Origin: a virus
Virus record (IMG/VR): IMGVR_UViG_3300017991_000003
Location: 128,001-192,000 of that record
Length of the DNA: 64,000 nt
Reading direction: 5' to 3' (one strand)
Shown here: in pieces, positions 38,001 through 47,652 of the stretch
How positions within the stretch are numbered: the first letter of the stretch is position 1
How the letters are laid out: every line of letters starts with the position of its first letter
Translations under genes and position numbers: made by a program
Notes under the pieces: generated by a model
Database searches by the model: none
Seen by the model: only the letters and a program-made list of their open reading frames with translations
Told to the model about the DNA's origin: nothing

Positions 38001-41000
38001 GCTACGGCGATGAGACTTACGGTGAGCTAGGCTTCGGCGGTGGGGTGCTGGACCCTGTGCCCTCGGCCTACACCATCTGGAGCCGGCGCACCCGCCAGCT
38101 AGACACCTACCTATCCCTGGACCAGGCGCTCGATGAGAGCGTGGCCCTGGTCCCTGGTGAGACGGTCCAGATCCTCAACGAGGAGCTCAGCGCTCTCCTG
38201 TCCACCCACGTCTTCGCCATGGAGCTAGCGTGGGATCGGATGACGGACCGGGAGACCCTGGAGGACCTCAAGGTCGTCATCGACCGCATCCGGCCTGCTG
38301 AGACGCGCGCCCTGGTCTACACCGAGGGCTTCCCGACCCTCAGCCTGGAGATGACTGGCTCGCTCATCGGAGGCAGCCCCGACATCACCGAGACCCTGGC
38401 CGACTCGCTCTTCCTGGAGGAGAGCTGGATGGGCACGGGGTCGACCGCACTGCTCACCCCGGAGCTCAACTACCTCTACCGCCCCTGGCAGCACCGCTTC
38501 GGTCCTCGCCTCGAGTCCCAGCTCAAAGAGCCGCCGGCAAGTCCTGTGGTGGGTGGCTTCTACGCCGTGGCTCCCGTAGGCCAGGCCAGCCATCTTGGCG
38601 TGTGGGCCAGTGTGTACGGATCCAAAGGCCTGGAGGGCCAGGTCCTCCGCCGCGGGTCCCCGGATGAGTGGTTGGTTGACAGCGGCTTCAGTCCCGCTCC
38701 GGGGTGGGCGCTCGATTTCAGCTCGGGTGTGCGCCGGCTCAACTCCGGCCCCTTCACCCACAACGAGGGCAGCCCGCTCACCATGCGGGCCCTGGTCTAC
38801 GTCCCCAGTGGTAGCTACAGCGAGGCAGGCACGGTCTATGTGGGCCAAGCGAGCCCCATGCTGCCCTTCGGCTTCGAGGTCCAGAGCCCTGGCCTGACCC
38901 TGGCGCCCTTCTTCCAAGTCCACAGCAGTGAGACCAAGGCACTGGGTAGCCCCACCAACTACTACGACCGCTGGCTGGATCTGGTGGGCGTGTACCGAGA
39001 GGGTGCGGCCAGCTACTGGTACACCGACCTGTACCTGGATGGGACGCTGATCGCCACGAGCAGCCCCACGGGCGCCGCGTCTCTGACACTGGCTCCCAGT
39101 GCCACATTCAGCCTCACGCTGGGTGGCACGACCCAGTCGACCCCCACCCAGAGCCCCAGCTTCAAGGGCTACCTGGACGAGTACCGCCTGTACCTGGGTA
39201 CCGAGCTCTCGAGCCCCGAGATCACGACCCTGTACAACGCCGGCTCCCCTGTGATGCCCTCGATCGGGGTCACGGACGCTGGTAGCCCCATCGCACCGGC
39301 CGGGATCACCGCCTGGTACGTGGGCCAGGAGCATGATCCGGCTACGGTCATCGATCTGAGCGGTAATGGGTACAACGCTAGCCGCCAGACGGCCACGCTG
39401 GGCGACGAGAACCAGGACTGGCGGGTGGCCGGGTACCTTCAGACCCGCTACCGCCTCTTCGGCGACACCTACGAGATCAAGCTGGGCGGCTACTACGTCG
39501 ACCAGGGCAAGCTCACGACCACGCTGCTCGGTACGCCCCCGAGTCTGCTTAGCGACTCGCCTGACTCGCAGACCGCCGCTATCGATGCTGGCGGCCAGCC
39601 TCTCCTGATCCCCGGGGTCTTCGGCTTCAAGGACGTGGTCTACACGAACCAGACCCGCTGGCTGCACTACAAGGACCTCGAAGGCTGGATCATCACCCTG
39701 GCTAACCCCCAGGCGCCAGGCTCGGCTATCTCGGTGGACCAGGAGGGCAACCTAGGCTCCCAGAGCCCCACCACGGCCCTTGCCTCGCCCCTGAGCATCA
39801 CCGGTAGCCGCCTGACCCTCACCTGCGCCGCGGGTAGTGGTGGTGCTGTGACCCAGCTGGAGCTCGATGGTAGCCCGCTGCTGGTCAACACCCTCAAGGG
39901 CCAGCTGACCCAGTGGTCCTGCCGCTACCTGGGCAGGGGCTTCGAGCGTACTGTGAGCGAGGCCGGCAAGATCAGCCGCCCCGTGGCTCAGCCGTCCAAC
40001 TCCGACTTCATCTCCAAGGAGTCCGGGGACACGGCGATCCGCACGGCGAGCTACCTCGGCAACATCCAGGGCACGATGACCTACGACGGGACGCTCTACG
40101 ACTCGAGCGCCACCCGCCTGGACAAGCTCATGGAGGTCGGCTTCAACGCCAACCCCAACGTGATCCGCGTCGACGCCATCTTCGATCGGGATCAGAGCAC
40201 CAAGGACGGCTCCTGGTACAGCCAGTTCACCATGAGCCTGGTCCCGGAGCTCAACGTGGCCTGGCTCTACCAGCCTGGGGTCGACTCCGTGCCGCTCCCC
40301 GCCGTGTTCAACGGCGACGTGAACTACCAGACCAACTGGGTGGGTGGTGCGATCTACACCAACGCGGCCCAGGACAAGGCTGTGGGCGTGTTCCACCGCC
40401 GGCCGAACACGGATACGGGCTGGTTCCAGTCCCAGGTGCTCCCGGCCCCTGCGTCGGCTGTTTCCAAGAGCAGCCCGGGCAGCACGTCGTATTCGGTGCT
40501 CAACGATCAGGAGTTCCTGGGTGATTACCCCGGCGCGGCTGACAGCATCTGGCGCACGGAGCGCTACATCGTGTCCGGTACGCTCACAGAGGTCGTCGGG
40601 GGGTTCAACCAGCTCGCCTATGAGCTGGAAGGCATTGAGCCCATCGTTACGGGGCCCGAATCGGCCACCTACATCGAGTTCACAAGCCTCCCGGACCCTC
40701 TGACGCTCGGCGACACCTTCTCGGTGACCGCTCAGGCCTTTGGTCCGGGCGGGTTGATCGACCCGAACTTCGATCGGCAGGCCTATCTGACCCTCCTGAC
40801 GCCTGGTGGCACGCTCACGGGCACCACTACGGGTACGTTCGCCTCCGGTGAGGTCACGTTCAGTGGTCTCGAGGTCTCCCCGGGCGGTACCTGGTTCCTC
40901 CAGGTCGACTCGGGCGGCCTAGCGCCAGGCCAGGCAGCCATCCAGGTCAACAACCCCGCTCCGTACGCCTCGAACCCCACGGCTTGGGCCATCAGCCCGG

Positions 41001-44000
41001 CCCAGGTGCCTCTCACGCTGTACGGTACGGACTTCCTGGACACCTCGTTCGTGGTCTACTCGAACTGGGGCGGTACTCCGAGCCCCTATCCGTCGACGCT
41101 GACCTACGTGAGCCCGGGTGAGGTGCAGTTCACGCCTCCCCAGGAGATCCTGGACAGCTACCCGAACACGCTGACGCTCTCGGTCCACAACCCCGGGCCT
41201 GGTGGCGGCTCTACGGGTGAGCTCCCGCTTACGATCGGCAGCCCCGGCGTACCGAGCCCGGTTGTCCCGAGCCCCGTGGCCGACTTGCTGCTGTTCACGG
41301 CCCCGCCTAGCCTGCCCATCACCCCGCGCGTGGGTGAGAACACGCTGATTGGCGGTTATGCGGCGGACTCCACGCTGTCTCTGGCGCTGGATGTGGACGC
41401 TACGGGCGCCGTGACGGTCAGCCCGAGCGCCCAGCCGGCGGGTTCGAGCATCGGCGGCACCCTGACCCAGTCCCTGGGCGCCTCGATCCCCGGTTACGTG
41501 TTCTTCCCGAACCTAACCTTTGATACCGCAGGCACTTACACGCTCAACCTGGTCCACGAGAGCCCCGCGGTCATCGCCCAGACGCCGTTGGCGCTCAACC
41601 TGAGCGTCCTGAACCCGGTCCCGACGCTCACTAGCATCGACCCGGACAACATCGACCAGGGTGCGCAGACCCTGACGCTACGGGCGCTGGGCTCGAACTT
41701 CGTGAGCGGTGACTCCAGCATCTACTGGAACGGTCTCCAGCGGACCACGACCTATGTGAGCCCAGGTGAGCTACGTACTACGCTGACCGCGGCGGACTTC
41801 CTGGTGCCCCAGGTGGTGGGTGTGAAGGTCAACACGGCCCAAGGCGGTGGTGACTCGAGCACGATCCCCTTCACCATCAACGGCGCGCCTGGCTCTGGCC
41901 TCACTGAGGAGGACCTGAGCCCCACGATCATCGTCCTGAGCCCCTCGGCGTACCAGCGGGTGCTGCCCACGCAGGGTCCTGTGATCACTACCGAGGAAGG
42001 TGTGTCCCTGCACCGGGCCTTGGAGCAGACTGGCCTCGCTACGGCAGGCACTCCTATCCACGCCTACGACGGATCGGTGGGCGCTATCGAGGTCGTCGAG
42101 GTCCGAGCCGGTGCCTACAAGGCGATGGCCACCGGTGACGACGTCTTCAAGAGCGACAAGAACCGCAACGTGGCGGTCCCGCACGCGCCTGATTCCGACC
42201 ACCCGCTCATCATCCGAGCGGCCAAGTGGTCCGCGGCTCGTGCCCCTGAGCCGGACATGGTGGGTGATCCTGAGCCGTACGTGCTCGTGGCCCGTTTCCC
42301 TGACTTCGGTAGCGAGGACGTGATCTTCCACGACCGGTCGCTCGAGAGCAGTCATTGGCACTGGTACGACCCGATCCTGTTCCTGGGTAGCCGGGGCGGG
42401 ATGCTGATCGCCGACAACAAGATCTACGGCGCCAACGACCCCACCATCCCGTGGCTGGGCTGGCACATGTACCGGCCGAAGGTCCTGGGCCGCTACGACC
42501 ACCGGGTGTACCGCCTGGATTCGGATCGCTGGATCGTGGGCCCGGGCCCTGACACAGCCTCGATCACCCAGTACGACACCACGGGCGTCGAGATCAGCCC
42601 CAAGTCCTGGGACCTCGATGACCTGCACCGGGCTCGCTTCGGCAAGCGCCTGACCAGCTCCAACGGCATCACGTCGGGCTTCGCTTCGCTGACCTCGGTG
42701 CCTGCGGGCCAGATCACGGCCACCCACGTGGGCGTGTTCGGCAACGATGCGGACACGCTCTACCGCGTGGGCGTGGCTAGCACGGCCGGCGGCCTGATCC
42801 AGACCGATCTGGGTCTCCTGAGCGTCTTCTCGTCTGATGCGGCCCTGACGACTAGCGACTTCATCGCCTCGGCGCCCTTCGATCCCATCACGAGCCCCAA
42901 CCAGTACGCCAGCCCTCCGTCCCTGAGCTACAGCATGGACGTGACCTGGCAGTCCAGCAGTACGTTTGATGCTGTGCCCGGGGCCGGGGGTACGATCCAG
43001 TTCTACGACCGCAAGGATGACGAGACCCTGTCGCCCAGCACGCTGCTCACCGCGGGCGGTACGGTCAACGTGCCCCTCGAGCAGGGCATCGGCGCCGCTT
43101 TCATGGCCTTCACGGGCCGTGGCTGCTACGTCCTCAAGACCACGGTCAAGGACGAGTGGGGCAACCCGGTCCCCGACCCGGAGGACCCGGATAAAGATCT
43201 GACTCGGAACAGCATTATCCAGGTCACGAACCACGGGATGAGCGACAGCCCGACGAGCCTGGAGGTGGTCTATGACCTGCCTGATCAGGAGATGCTGTGG
43301 TTCTCCAACATCACCTGGGCCGCAGGGCAGAACATCGGCTTCATGGGCCCGTTCAGCCTGCTGCTGGAGGCGCGCACGAGCTCGGGCGCCCTCTCGATGG
43401 AGGTGGACGGTACGGTCCAGGTTCTGATCGACAGCTTCGAGACCGTGGAGGGCACCGCCATCGGCACGCCCTTCCTCTCCTCGAACGAGATCACGCACAT
43501 CATGCGCGGCGGGGTCTGCCACATCCGGGACCTGCACCCCTACATCACGAGCATCAACCCCGAGTCCTTCCAGGCGTTCCTGGATCAGAACTCGGCCTCC
43601 AACTACGCGATCCTCACCCTCACCCTCACGCCGTTCGGCACGGGCACGGGGCTAGACAGCCAATCTACTACTTACCAGATCGGCGTGTGGCCTCCGGGGG
43701 CCCAGCGCGGTGAGAGCCCGGGCTCGATCCCTGTGCCCTTCTCGGTCTATCCGTGGGGCGCGCGTCTGACGGACAAGGAGTGGCTAGGCCCGAACCTCAA
43801 CGAGTTCGCGCTCACTCTGGCGCCCTCGGACACGATCCAGGGCATGGAGAGTGGTGCACCGGTCAACGCCAAGGTCAAGACGGCTATCGGCCTGCCCTTC
43901 TGGGCCGGCTGGCCGGGCTCGCCTGGGCACCCCAACTACCGCCCGGGTTACGAGAACATCTGGCCCAAGCCCGAGCACACGCCTGGGCTCGAGTACATCG

Positions 44001-45274
44001 GCTACCCGACCTTCGACGTCCAGCCCAAGTGGGGTCTCGCGCCCTTCTACACGAGCGACTGGATTTTCGACGGCGGTGTGATCATGAACGTGGGCGTCGA
44101 GCATGGCGTCTACCTCCACAACACGGTCGGCGACACGCGCTTCAGCAACACGATCATCACTCGCGTGGGTCGGACGGCCATCCAGAAGGCCGATCGACGC
44201 ATCGAGAACCCCTACGACCCGGTCCTTGTCGGCACGGGCGGGGACACGGGCGGCCCAGGTCAGGGTCAGGTCATCTACCGCAACGTGCAGGCATCCGAGA
44301 CGGCGCTGAACGACGGTGGCGGGTCCTACACCATCGTGGGCCACGGCCCCGACGGGCAGATCACGATGGAGAACTGCTCCATCCGGCAGGGCTTCGACGA
44401 CCAGCTTGCCGCTCACCGCTACATCAGCGGCAACGGCATGTTCGGCACCATGTTGACGGTCTGGGGCGGCTGGTTCCCGGGCTACTCGGACCATAGCTTC
44501 TGCCTGACGGGCATGGGCTATCAGTTCGACGGCCTGCGCCGGTGGCATCCGTTCTTGCGTAAGGCCGACGGTAGTTCGGTGTTCACCAACGACGAGTACC
44601 TCACCCACCTGACCAACAAGTACGACGTGCTGGGTCTTTCGGGCGTGCTTGGGGACTACGGTGGTGTCCCGGTTCCGACACCTCCCCACTACACCAACCT
44701 GCTCTACGGCGCCCCGATGTTCTCCTACGGGGGCGTGCAGGACCTGGGCCTGACTCTGGGCCAGGAAGCGGCCGGTATTCGCGAGCCCGTCTTCACGGGT
44801 ACGGACGCGACCTACGGGATGGGTAGCCCCACCTACGCGAGCTTCCATCAGACGGGCACGCTCACGATCACGGGGTGCCTCTTCGAAGCTAACCACCCGA
44901 ACGCCACGAGCGACGCCGAGGTTACCTGGTCGCAGCCCCTGCCCAGCCTCAACCCCTACGGCTCGATCTACAAAGGCGGTACCTACAGCTCGGCGCCGGC
45001 GCTGCTCGTCAGTGACGTGCGCATCCTGACCCTCCAGGACAACATCATTCACCAGACGGGCAACCAGGCGATCCAGTTCGACGAAGTGGCCTACGTCTGG
45101 GACAGCCCCCAAGCCAAGGCCACGGGCAAGGCGACGAAGCTCATCACCAAGAACGCCGCTATCTGGCAGATCCTGGGCGGCAACAACGAGCTGATCTCCG
45201 CCGCGGTGGTCAAACGCTATGGCCAAGACGCTCCGGCGGAACTTGTGAGTCAGCTAACGAGCCCGAGCACCTAA
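35054..45274 (+). CDS. giant multidomain fibre/adhesin-like structural protein (3406 aa)
   Basis: Uninterrupted 10.2-kb ORF; LamG/concanavalin-like motif (FKGYLDEYRLYLGTELSSPEITTLYNAG), repeated IPT/TIG-like Ig segments (NPVPTLTSIDP...YVSPGE...), C-terminal beta-helix-like repeats (NIIHQTGNQAIQF); frequent [A/S/G]SP motifs. Confidence 0.8.
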   Translation: MTSDKVFQSDSLFDYLPSYWKSSFGDRPVLETVYEALVRSMDVDWVRLFAANDTRELATTPVTTTHTLVHQPLGSWTSLEVAHGHYHTWLDWPAATGSPETYVIRLEDHVLTRPRLFFDGRAIPSFLYRLDTSHWSSGGSVVYGTTITFDKAQLDSFLDGSYLSLQGQSGENTSQEWTPADVIERLGILAYRDQRPFTGSGDASTTAFEFTIGGSAAVVEAFDAMAYVESIDVTSRVTVAAVTGGFSITPKPAGGFGAGMLLQATFDDDSQQLVELDSGTGSVTLRTSASSVTGVRLFVNIPLGEQHYTVTSSAVELLGGAVFPGGTILRVKDAKGIQSKTLTEPRSRVTFDRDIDTNSAQVLYQGTDVLATEVSTSGITFERPLNSGARWRVDAPVVVDHDHALYRTATDGTANIAIPTARPLTLAGSATDEDYPILLFVDGVLQDPSTYSPSSTVNLVLQSPLPSGIPVDVWYVDQEEPAEHLHSELSDVVPLSVPEQYSVSYSQAETFDDTTWPLTVFRDGFLENDPDQIRTVDGQFLQFTDALTPGIRVAADGLRTEFRYAHTIPHREDLDYGYRGDIQEIGTLQDGVMSPSSVKSPDTGFSLTPAASPAETATLKASITWDEAWLTGVKVDEHLLETTWGDPVGIKRPVSSTRYRNLLMAVYAAYRGPSFVDSLVNVSSILLGSAFLPTAGVSGGITRSSTGVQVLIEPTDPKESPYTVDLLPGEEHRILPAPREMSRLRAVNSLATVSDRSLDDIPWLAFMAQDVAEDYSYAKRLDVRSSSSFSSIPAGYDKTTGHLTDYSVNYNDQEVWVGDLIKLTLVASASPTSIIQTYTSDGTSPQQVQRLVYDSSQPTARLRAHVASPAVSTYKPGHYVNLEGAGSPWDTLTGEYYQLTNVSPGYAASTTRLTAEWISSHAAPTITAVDYTASPYPELQGYNLSQSTSTPDFQSYTQFTTVQEVLGDHTIRVSFDATSEVTGYGDETYGELGFGGGVLDPVPSAYTIWSRRTRQLDTYLSLDQALDESVALVPGETVQILNEELSALLSTHVFAMELAWDRMTDRETLEDLKVVIDRIRPAETRALVYTEGFPTLSLEMTGSLIGGSPDITETLADSLFLEESWMGTGSTALLTPELNYLYRPWQHRFGPRLESQLKEPPASPVVGGFYAVAPVGQASHLGVWASVYGSKGLEGQVLRRGSPDEWLVDSGFSPAPGWALDFSSGVRRLNSGPFTHNEGSPLTMRALVYVPSGSYSEAGTVYVGQASPMLPFGFEVQSPGLTLAPFFQVHSSETKALGSPTNYYDRWLDLVGVYREGAASYWYTDLYLDGTLIATSSPTGAASLTLAPSATFSLTLGGTTQSTPTQSPSFKGYLDEYRLYLGTELSSPEITTLYNAGSPVMPSIGVTDAGSPIAPAGITAWYVGQEHDPATVIDLSGNGYNASRQTATLGDENQDWRVAGYLQTRYRLFGDTYEIKLGGYYVDQGKLTTTLLGTPPSLLSDSPDSQTAAIDAGGQPLLIPGVFGFKDVVYTNQTRWLHYKDLEGWIITLANPQAPGSAISVDQEGNLGSQSPTTALASPLSITGSRLTLTCAAGSGGAVTQLELDGSPLLVNTLKGQLTQWSCRYLGRGFERTVSEAGKISRPVAQPSNSDFISKESGDTAIRTASYLGNIQGTMTYDGTLYDSSATRLDKLMEVGFNANPNVIRVDAIFDRDQSTKDGSWYSQFTMSLVPELNVAWLYQPGVDSVPLPAVFNGDVNYQTNWVGGAIYTNAAQDKAVGVFHRRPNTDTGWFQSQVLPAPASAVSKSSPGSTSYSVLNDQEFLGDYPGAADSIWRTERYIVSGTLTEVVGGFNQLAYELEGIEPIVTGPESATYIEFTSLPDPLTLGDTFSVTAQAFGPGGLIDPNFDRQAYLTLLTPGGTLTGTTTGTFASGEVTFSGLEVSPGGTWFLQVDSGGLAPGQAAIQVNNPAPYASNPTAWAISPAQVPLTLYGTDFLDTSFVVYSNWGGTPSPYPSTLTYVSPGEVQFTPPQEILDSYPNTLTLSVHNPGPGGGSTGELPLTIGSPGVPSPVVPSPVADLLLFTAPPSLPITPRVGENTLIGGYAADSTLSLALDVDATGAVTVSPSAQPAGSSIGGTLTQSLGASIPGYVFFPNLTFDTAGTYTLNLVHESPAVIAQTPLALNLSVLNPVPTLTSIDPDNIDQGAQTLTLRALGSNFVSGDSSIYWNGLQRTTTYVSPGELRTTLTAADFLVPQVVGVKVNTAQGGGDSSTIPFTINGAPGSGLTEEDLSPTIIVLSPSAYQRVLPTQGPVITTEEGVSLHRALEQTGLATAGTPIHAYDGSVGAIEVVEVRAGAYKAMATGDDVFKSDKNRNVAVPHAPDSDHPLIIRAAKWSAARAPEPDMVGDPEPYVLVARFPDFGSEDVIFHDRSLESSHWHWYDPILFLGSRGGMLIADNKIYGANDPTIPWLGWHMYRPKVLGRYDHRVYRLDSDRWIVGPGPDTASITQYDTTGVEISPKSWDLDDLHRARFGKRLTSSNGITSGFASLTSVPAGQITATHVGVFGNDADTLYRVGVASTAGGLIQTDLGLLSVFSSDAALTTSDFIASAPFDPITSPNQYASPPSLSYSMDVTWQSSSTFDAVPGAGGTIQFYDRKDDETLSPSTLLTAGGTVNVPLEQGIGAAFMAFTGRGCYVLKTTVKDEWGNPVPDPEDPDKDLTRNSIIQVTNHGMSDSPTSLEVVYDLPDQEMLWFSNITWAAGQNIGFMGPFSLLLEARTSSGALSMEVDGTVQVLIDSFETVEGTAIGTPFLSSNEITHIMRGGVCHIRDLHPYITSINPESFQAFLDQNSASNYAILTLTLTPFGTGTGLDSQSTTYQIGVWPPGAQRGESPGSIPVPFSVYPWGARLTDKEWLGPNLNEFALTLAPSDTIQGMESGAPVNAKVKTAIGLPFWAGWPGSPGHPNYRPGYENIWPKPEHTPGLEYIGYPTFDVQPKWGLAPFYTSDWIFDGGVIMNVGVEHGVYLHNTVGDTRFSNTIITRVGRTAIQKADRRIENPYDPVLVGTGGDTGGPGQGQVIYRNVQASETALNDGGGSYTIVGHGPDGQITMENCSIRQGFDDQLAAHRYISGNGMFGTMLTVWGGWFPGYSDHSFCLTGMGYQFDGLRRWHPFLRKADGSSVFTNDEYLTHLTNKYDVLGLSGVLGDYGGVPVPTPPHYTNLLYGAPMFSYGGVQDLGLTLGQEAAGIREPVFTGTDATYGMGSPTYASFHQTGTLTITGCLFEANHPNATSDAEVTWSQPLPSLNPYGSIYKGGTYSSAPALLVSDVRILTLQDNIIHQTGNQAIQFDEVAYVWDSPQAKATGKATKLITKNAAIWQILGGNNELISAAVVKRYGQDAPAELVSQLTSPST
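39081..39106 (+). repeat. copy (c) of conserved element CTGACACT-N5-CCAGTGCCA embedded inside the giant CDS
   Basis: CTCTGACACTGGCTCCCAGTGCCACA matches the intergenic copy at 45321..45346 at 23 of 26 positions; encodes SLTLAPSAT. Confidence 0.55.
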
Positions 45275-45320
45275 CCTCTGAGTACGGCTTCCCTTACACT
45301 AACCCCCGGTAGGCACCAGT

Positions 45321-45346
45321 CTCTGACACTGGTAGCCAGTGCCACA
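45321..45346 (+). repeat. copy (d) of conserved element CTGACACT-N5-CCAGTGCCA (intergenic, 3' of giant gene, ~17 nt before next start)
   Basis: CTCTGACACTGGTAGCCAGTGCCACA; CACTGG/CCAGTG can form a 6-bp stem with 3-nt loop. Confidence 0.6.
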
Positions 45347-45363
45347 CTCCTGAGAACGACCCA

Positions 45364-46803
45364 GTGAAGAAGCTCCGATTCGCCGATGGCCTGAAGCCGC
45401 TCACGTCGGACATGGACTCCATCCATGACCTGACGGAGGATGCGCTGGGTACCGTGATCCAGGCCCTTACCAGCGGCTCCAGCGGTAAGGTGCTGTTCGA
45501 CAACGTACCGCCGTCCGGTACGTATGACTCGGGAACCGGTACGATCACGGTCACCGTCCAGGCGCAGTACTATGCGGTGGGTGGTGTGGTGCTTCAGCAG
45601 CCCGAGACCGAGATCAGCGTGGCGGCCGGCACGACAGACATGCAGATCGGCGTCTTCCTCGTGGCGGGGACGGAAGGCACTCAGGCTCTGCGGAACTTCC
45701 TCTCGATCGACCCCGATACCGCTCAGGTCATCCAGCAAGACCTCAACCATGAGATCTTCGTCTCGGACGCCTCCCGAGTGGTCCTGACAACGGTCTCCGA
45801 TCTTGTGTCCAGCGTGCCGGAGCCTACTCTGGCGGCTGACGACAGCGGCTGGGTCCGTGTGGGCACCCTCCGCTTTACCGTGGCTACGGGTGCCATTACG
45901 GTGTCGAAGAACACGACCGACGTGTACACCCTGCCGGGTGGTACGACGGTCCCGGTCGCAGACCATGGTGAGACCCACCTTCCGGATGGCGCTGATCCCC
46001 TCCCTGTGAGCGCCTTGAGTGGCGGAGCTTCGGGTGGTAGCACCGCTGGTCTACTCCCGGAGGGTGGTCTCACCGCTTTGCTAGACGCTGTGCAGTCCGT
46101 GCTCCCTGCGGACTCGGCGCCCTACATCCAGGTCCTGACGACCGGCGACAACTCGGTCGACGGCTCGGACATCGACTCCAAGACGGTCACCCTCGACCTC
46201 AAGCTGCACGAGTCGATCACCACCAAGGACTCTGGTGGCACAACCAAGCTCGCCGTCAACCACGCCCCGGCCTCTGCGCTGAAAGGCACGAGTGACAGGA
46301 GCGCGCGTGAGGACCACATCCACCCCCTCGTGGAGTCGGGGTTCATCTTCCAGCAGATCACCCTGGACCTCACCACGGACAAGCTCGGCACGGTTATTCC
46401 CTACACGGTGACTGCCGCGGCTTCCGGTCAGCCCACCGCGACCGTGGCCAAGATCCTCTCGGTCACGGCCATGTGGCAACCACCCAACATCAAGGCGGGT
46501 TACGAGAACCGCAGCGTGGATAGTGGCTGGAACGTCGTGAGCTACGCTGGCTCCCTGGGGACGCTGGGATGCCGCGCCCTTGTGACTGGCAAGAACACCT
46601 TCGAGCTCGAGGTCGGCACTCTCGGTGCTGCGCACGCCTCAGATGCGGCCATTCAGGCCATCAACGACTCGGACGGCGACGGCTCTGACGCCTGGACCAA
46701 CCCCATCTACCCCACAAGCGGCGAGTTCGCCAAGACCGGCAAGATCTTCCTCTTCGTGCTTGCCTTGCGGGCCGGCTCGGTGGTCCTTGAAGACGGTCAG
46801 TGA
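45364..46803 (+). CDS. tail-fibre-like protein (479 aa), GTG start
   Basis: Ser/Thr/Gly-rich fibrous composition; location after giant fibre gene. Confidence 0.65.
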   Translation: MKKLRFADGLKPLTSDMDSIHDLTEDALGTVIQALTSGSSGKVLFDNVPPSGTYDSGTGTITVTVQAQYYAVGGVVLQQPETEISVAAGTTDMQIGVFLVAGTEGTQALRNFLSIDPDTAQVIQQDLNHEIFVSDASRVVLTTVSDLVSSVPEPTLAADDSGWVRVGTLRFTVATGAITVSKNTTDVYTLPGGTTVPVADHGETHLPDGADPLPVSALSGGASGGSTAGLLPEGGLTALLDAVQSVLPADSAPYIQVLTTGDNSVDGSDIDSKTVTLDLKLHESITTKDSGGTTKLAVNHAPASALKGTSDRSAREDHIHPLVESGFIFQQITLDLTTDKLGTVIPYTVTAAASGQPTATVAKILSVTAMWQPPNIKAGYENRSVDSGWNVVSYAGSLGTLGCRALVTGKNTFELEVGTLGAAHASDAAIQAINDSDGDGSDAWTNPIYPTSGEFAKTGKIFLFVLALRAGSVVLEDGQ

Positions 46804-46804
46804 C

Positions 46805-47104
46805 ATGGACATCTACTGGTACAAAATCCCGGCCATTGAGAACTGGTTCGGGATGATCCCTAAGAGCGCTGTCCCGCCCTCCATGCTCGATGACGTTATA
46901 GACGCCGCTGAGGCTGCTTTTTCGGCAAATGGGTGGGATATGAGCATCAAGAGTGGGCCGTACTTCTTTGCCATCCCTGCGCCGACGTATGTGGGGATCG
47001 GCTACCTAGTCCAGCAGGCGGATGGGCTAGTGTACGTGGGCTCGGAGTACCCGTTCACACATCTAGAGAGCGCGGCCATCGCTCACGGAGTAGAGACAGT
47101 CTGA
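46805..47104 (+). CDS. hypothetical protein (99 aa)
   Basis: Internal ATG (MDIYWYKIPAIENWF) of track ORF 46625..47104, placed right after the upstream stop. Confidence 0.45.
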   Translation: MDIYWYKIPAIENWFGMIPKSAVPPSMLDDVIDAAEAAFSANGWDMSIKSGPYFFAIPAPTYVGIGYLVQQADGLVYVGSEYPFTHLESAAIAHGVETV

Positions 47105-47652
47105 TGGACGCCTCCTCCAGCATTCAATCGGCCATGACTGGTCGGTTGCGGCTCTACAAGAGCACCGAGCGGCCAACGCTGGACGGTTGGGAGGACCTGG
47201 ACCTCGTCCTTGACCGACCCAACCTCGTGGTGGATACCGCTCAGACGGCCCTTCTGGGCCTTCTTCAGCGTCAGTTCACTGACTACGCCCCGGCGTACAT
47301 CGTTCTGGGAGCGGGTGGCGACCTTGAACAGGTCTCGAAACAGGACTTCGGATCTCGCGTTGCCCCTGCGGTCACCGATACGGAGGTCCGAGAAGTCGTC
47401 GCCCGTCTTCCTATCCTTCAAATCACCCCAGACGACTCTGACGACACGAGCTGGGACTACGTGACCATCGCGCGGCCCCACGAGGCCAACACCACAAGCC
47501 TCAATGAGCTGGGGCTGGAGACGGCGAACAACACGCTGATCGCCCACGTGGTCACTGATCCTGACGCCGGCGAGTCCCGCGCCAAGAAGTACGTCAAGAG
47601 CAGCCTCGAGTACCTCGTGGTCCGGTGGACCATGACCTTCACCCTGAGCTAA
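47104..47652 (+). CDS. hypothetical tail-associated protein (182 aa)
   Basis: Internal ATG (MDASSSIQSAM) of track ORF 46933..47652; 1-nt start/stop overlap. Confidence 0.5.
   Translation: MDASSSIQSAMTGRLRLYKSTERPTLDGWEDLDLVLDRPNLVVDTAQTALLGLLQRQFTDYAPAYIVLGAGGDLEQVSKQDFGSRVAPAVTDTEVREVVARLPILQITPDDSDDTSWDYVTIARPHEANTTSLNELGLETANNTLIAHVVTDPDAGESRAKKYVKSSLEYLVVRWTMTFTLS

Noticed and set aside
38225-45226. Long antisense ORFs (480, 588 and 480 aa) inside the giant 3406-aa gene
   Set aside because: They lie fully within and opposite to a coherent sense ORF and have Arg/Ala/Gly-rich composition; high GC makes long antisense frames common.
39081-45346. Diversity-generating retroelement (template/variable repeat) interpretation of the repeated element in and after the giant fibre gene
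   Set aside because: The repeat is only ~26 nt, no reverse transcriptase gene is visible in the window, and copies also occur at unrelated intergenic sites.
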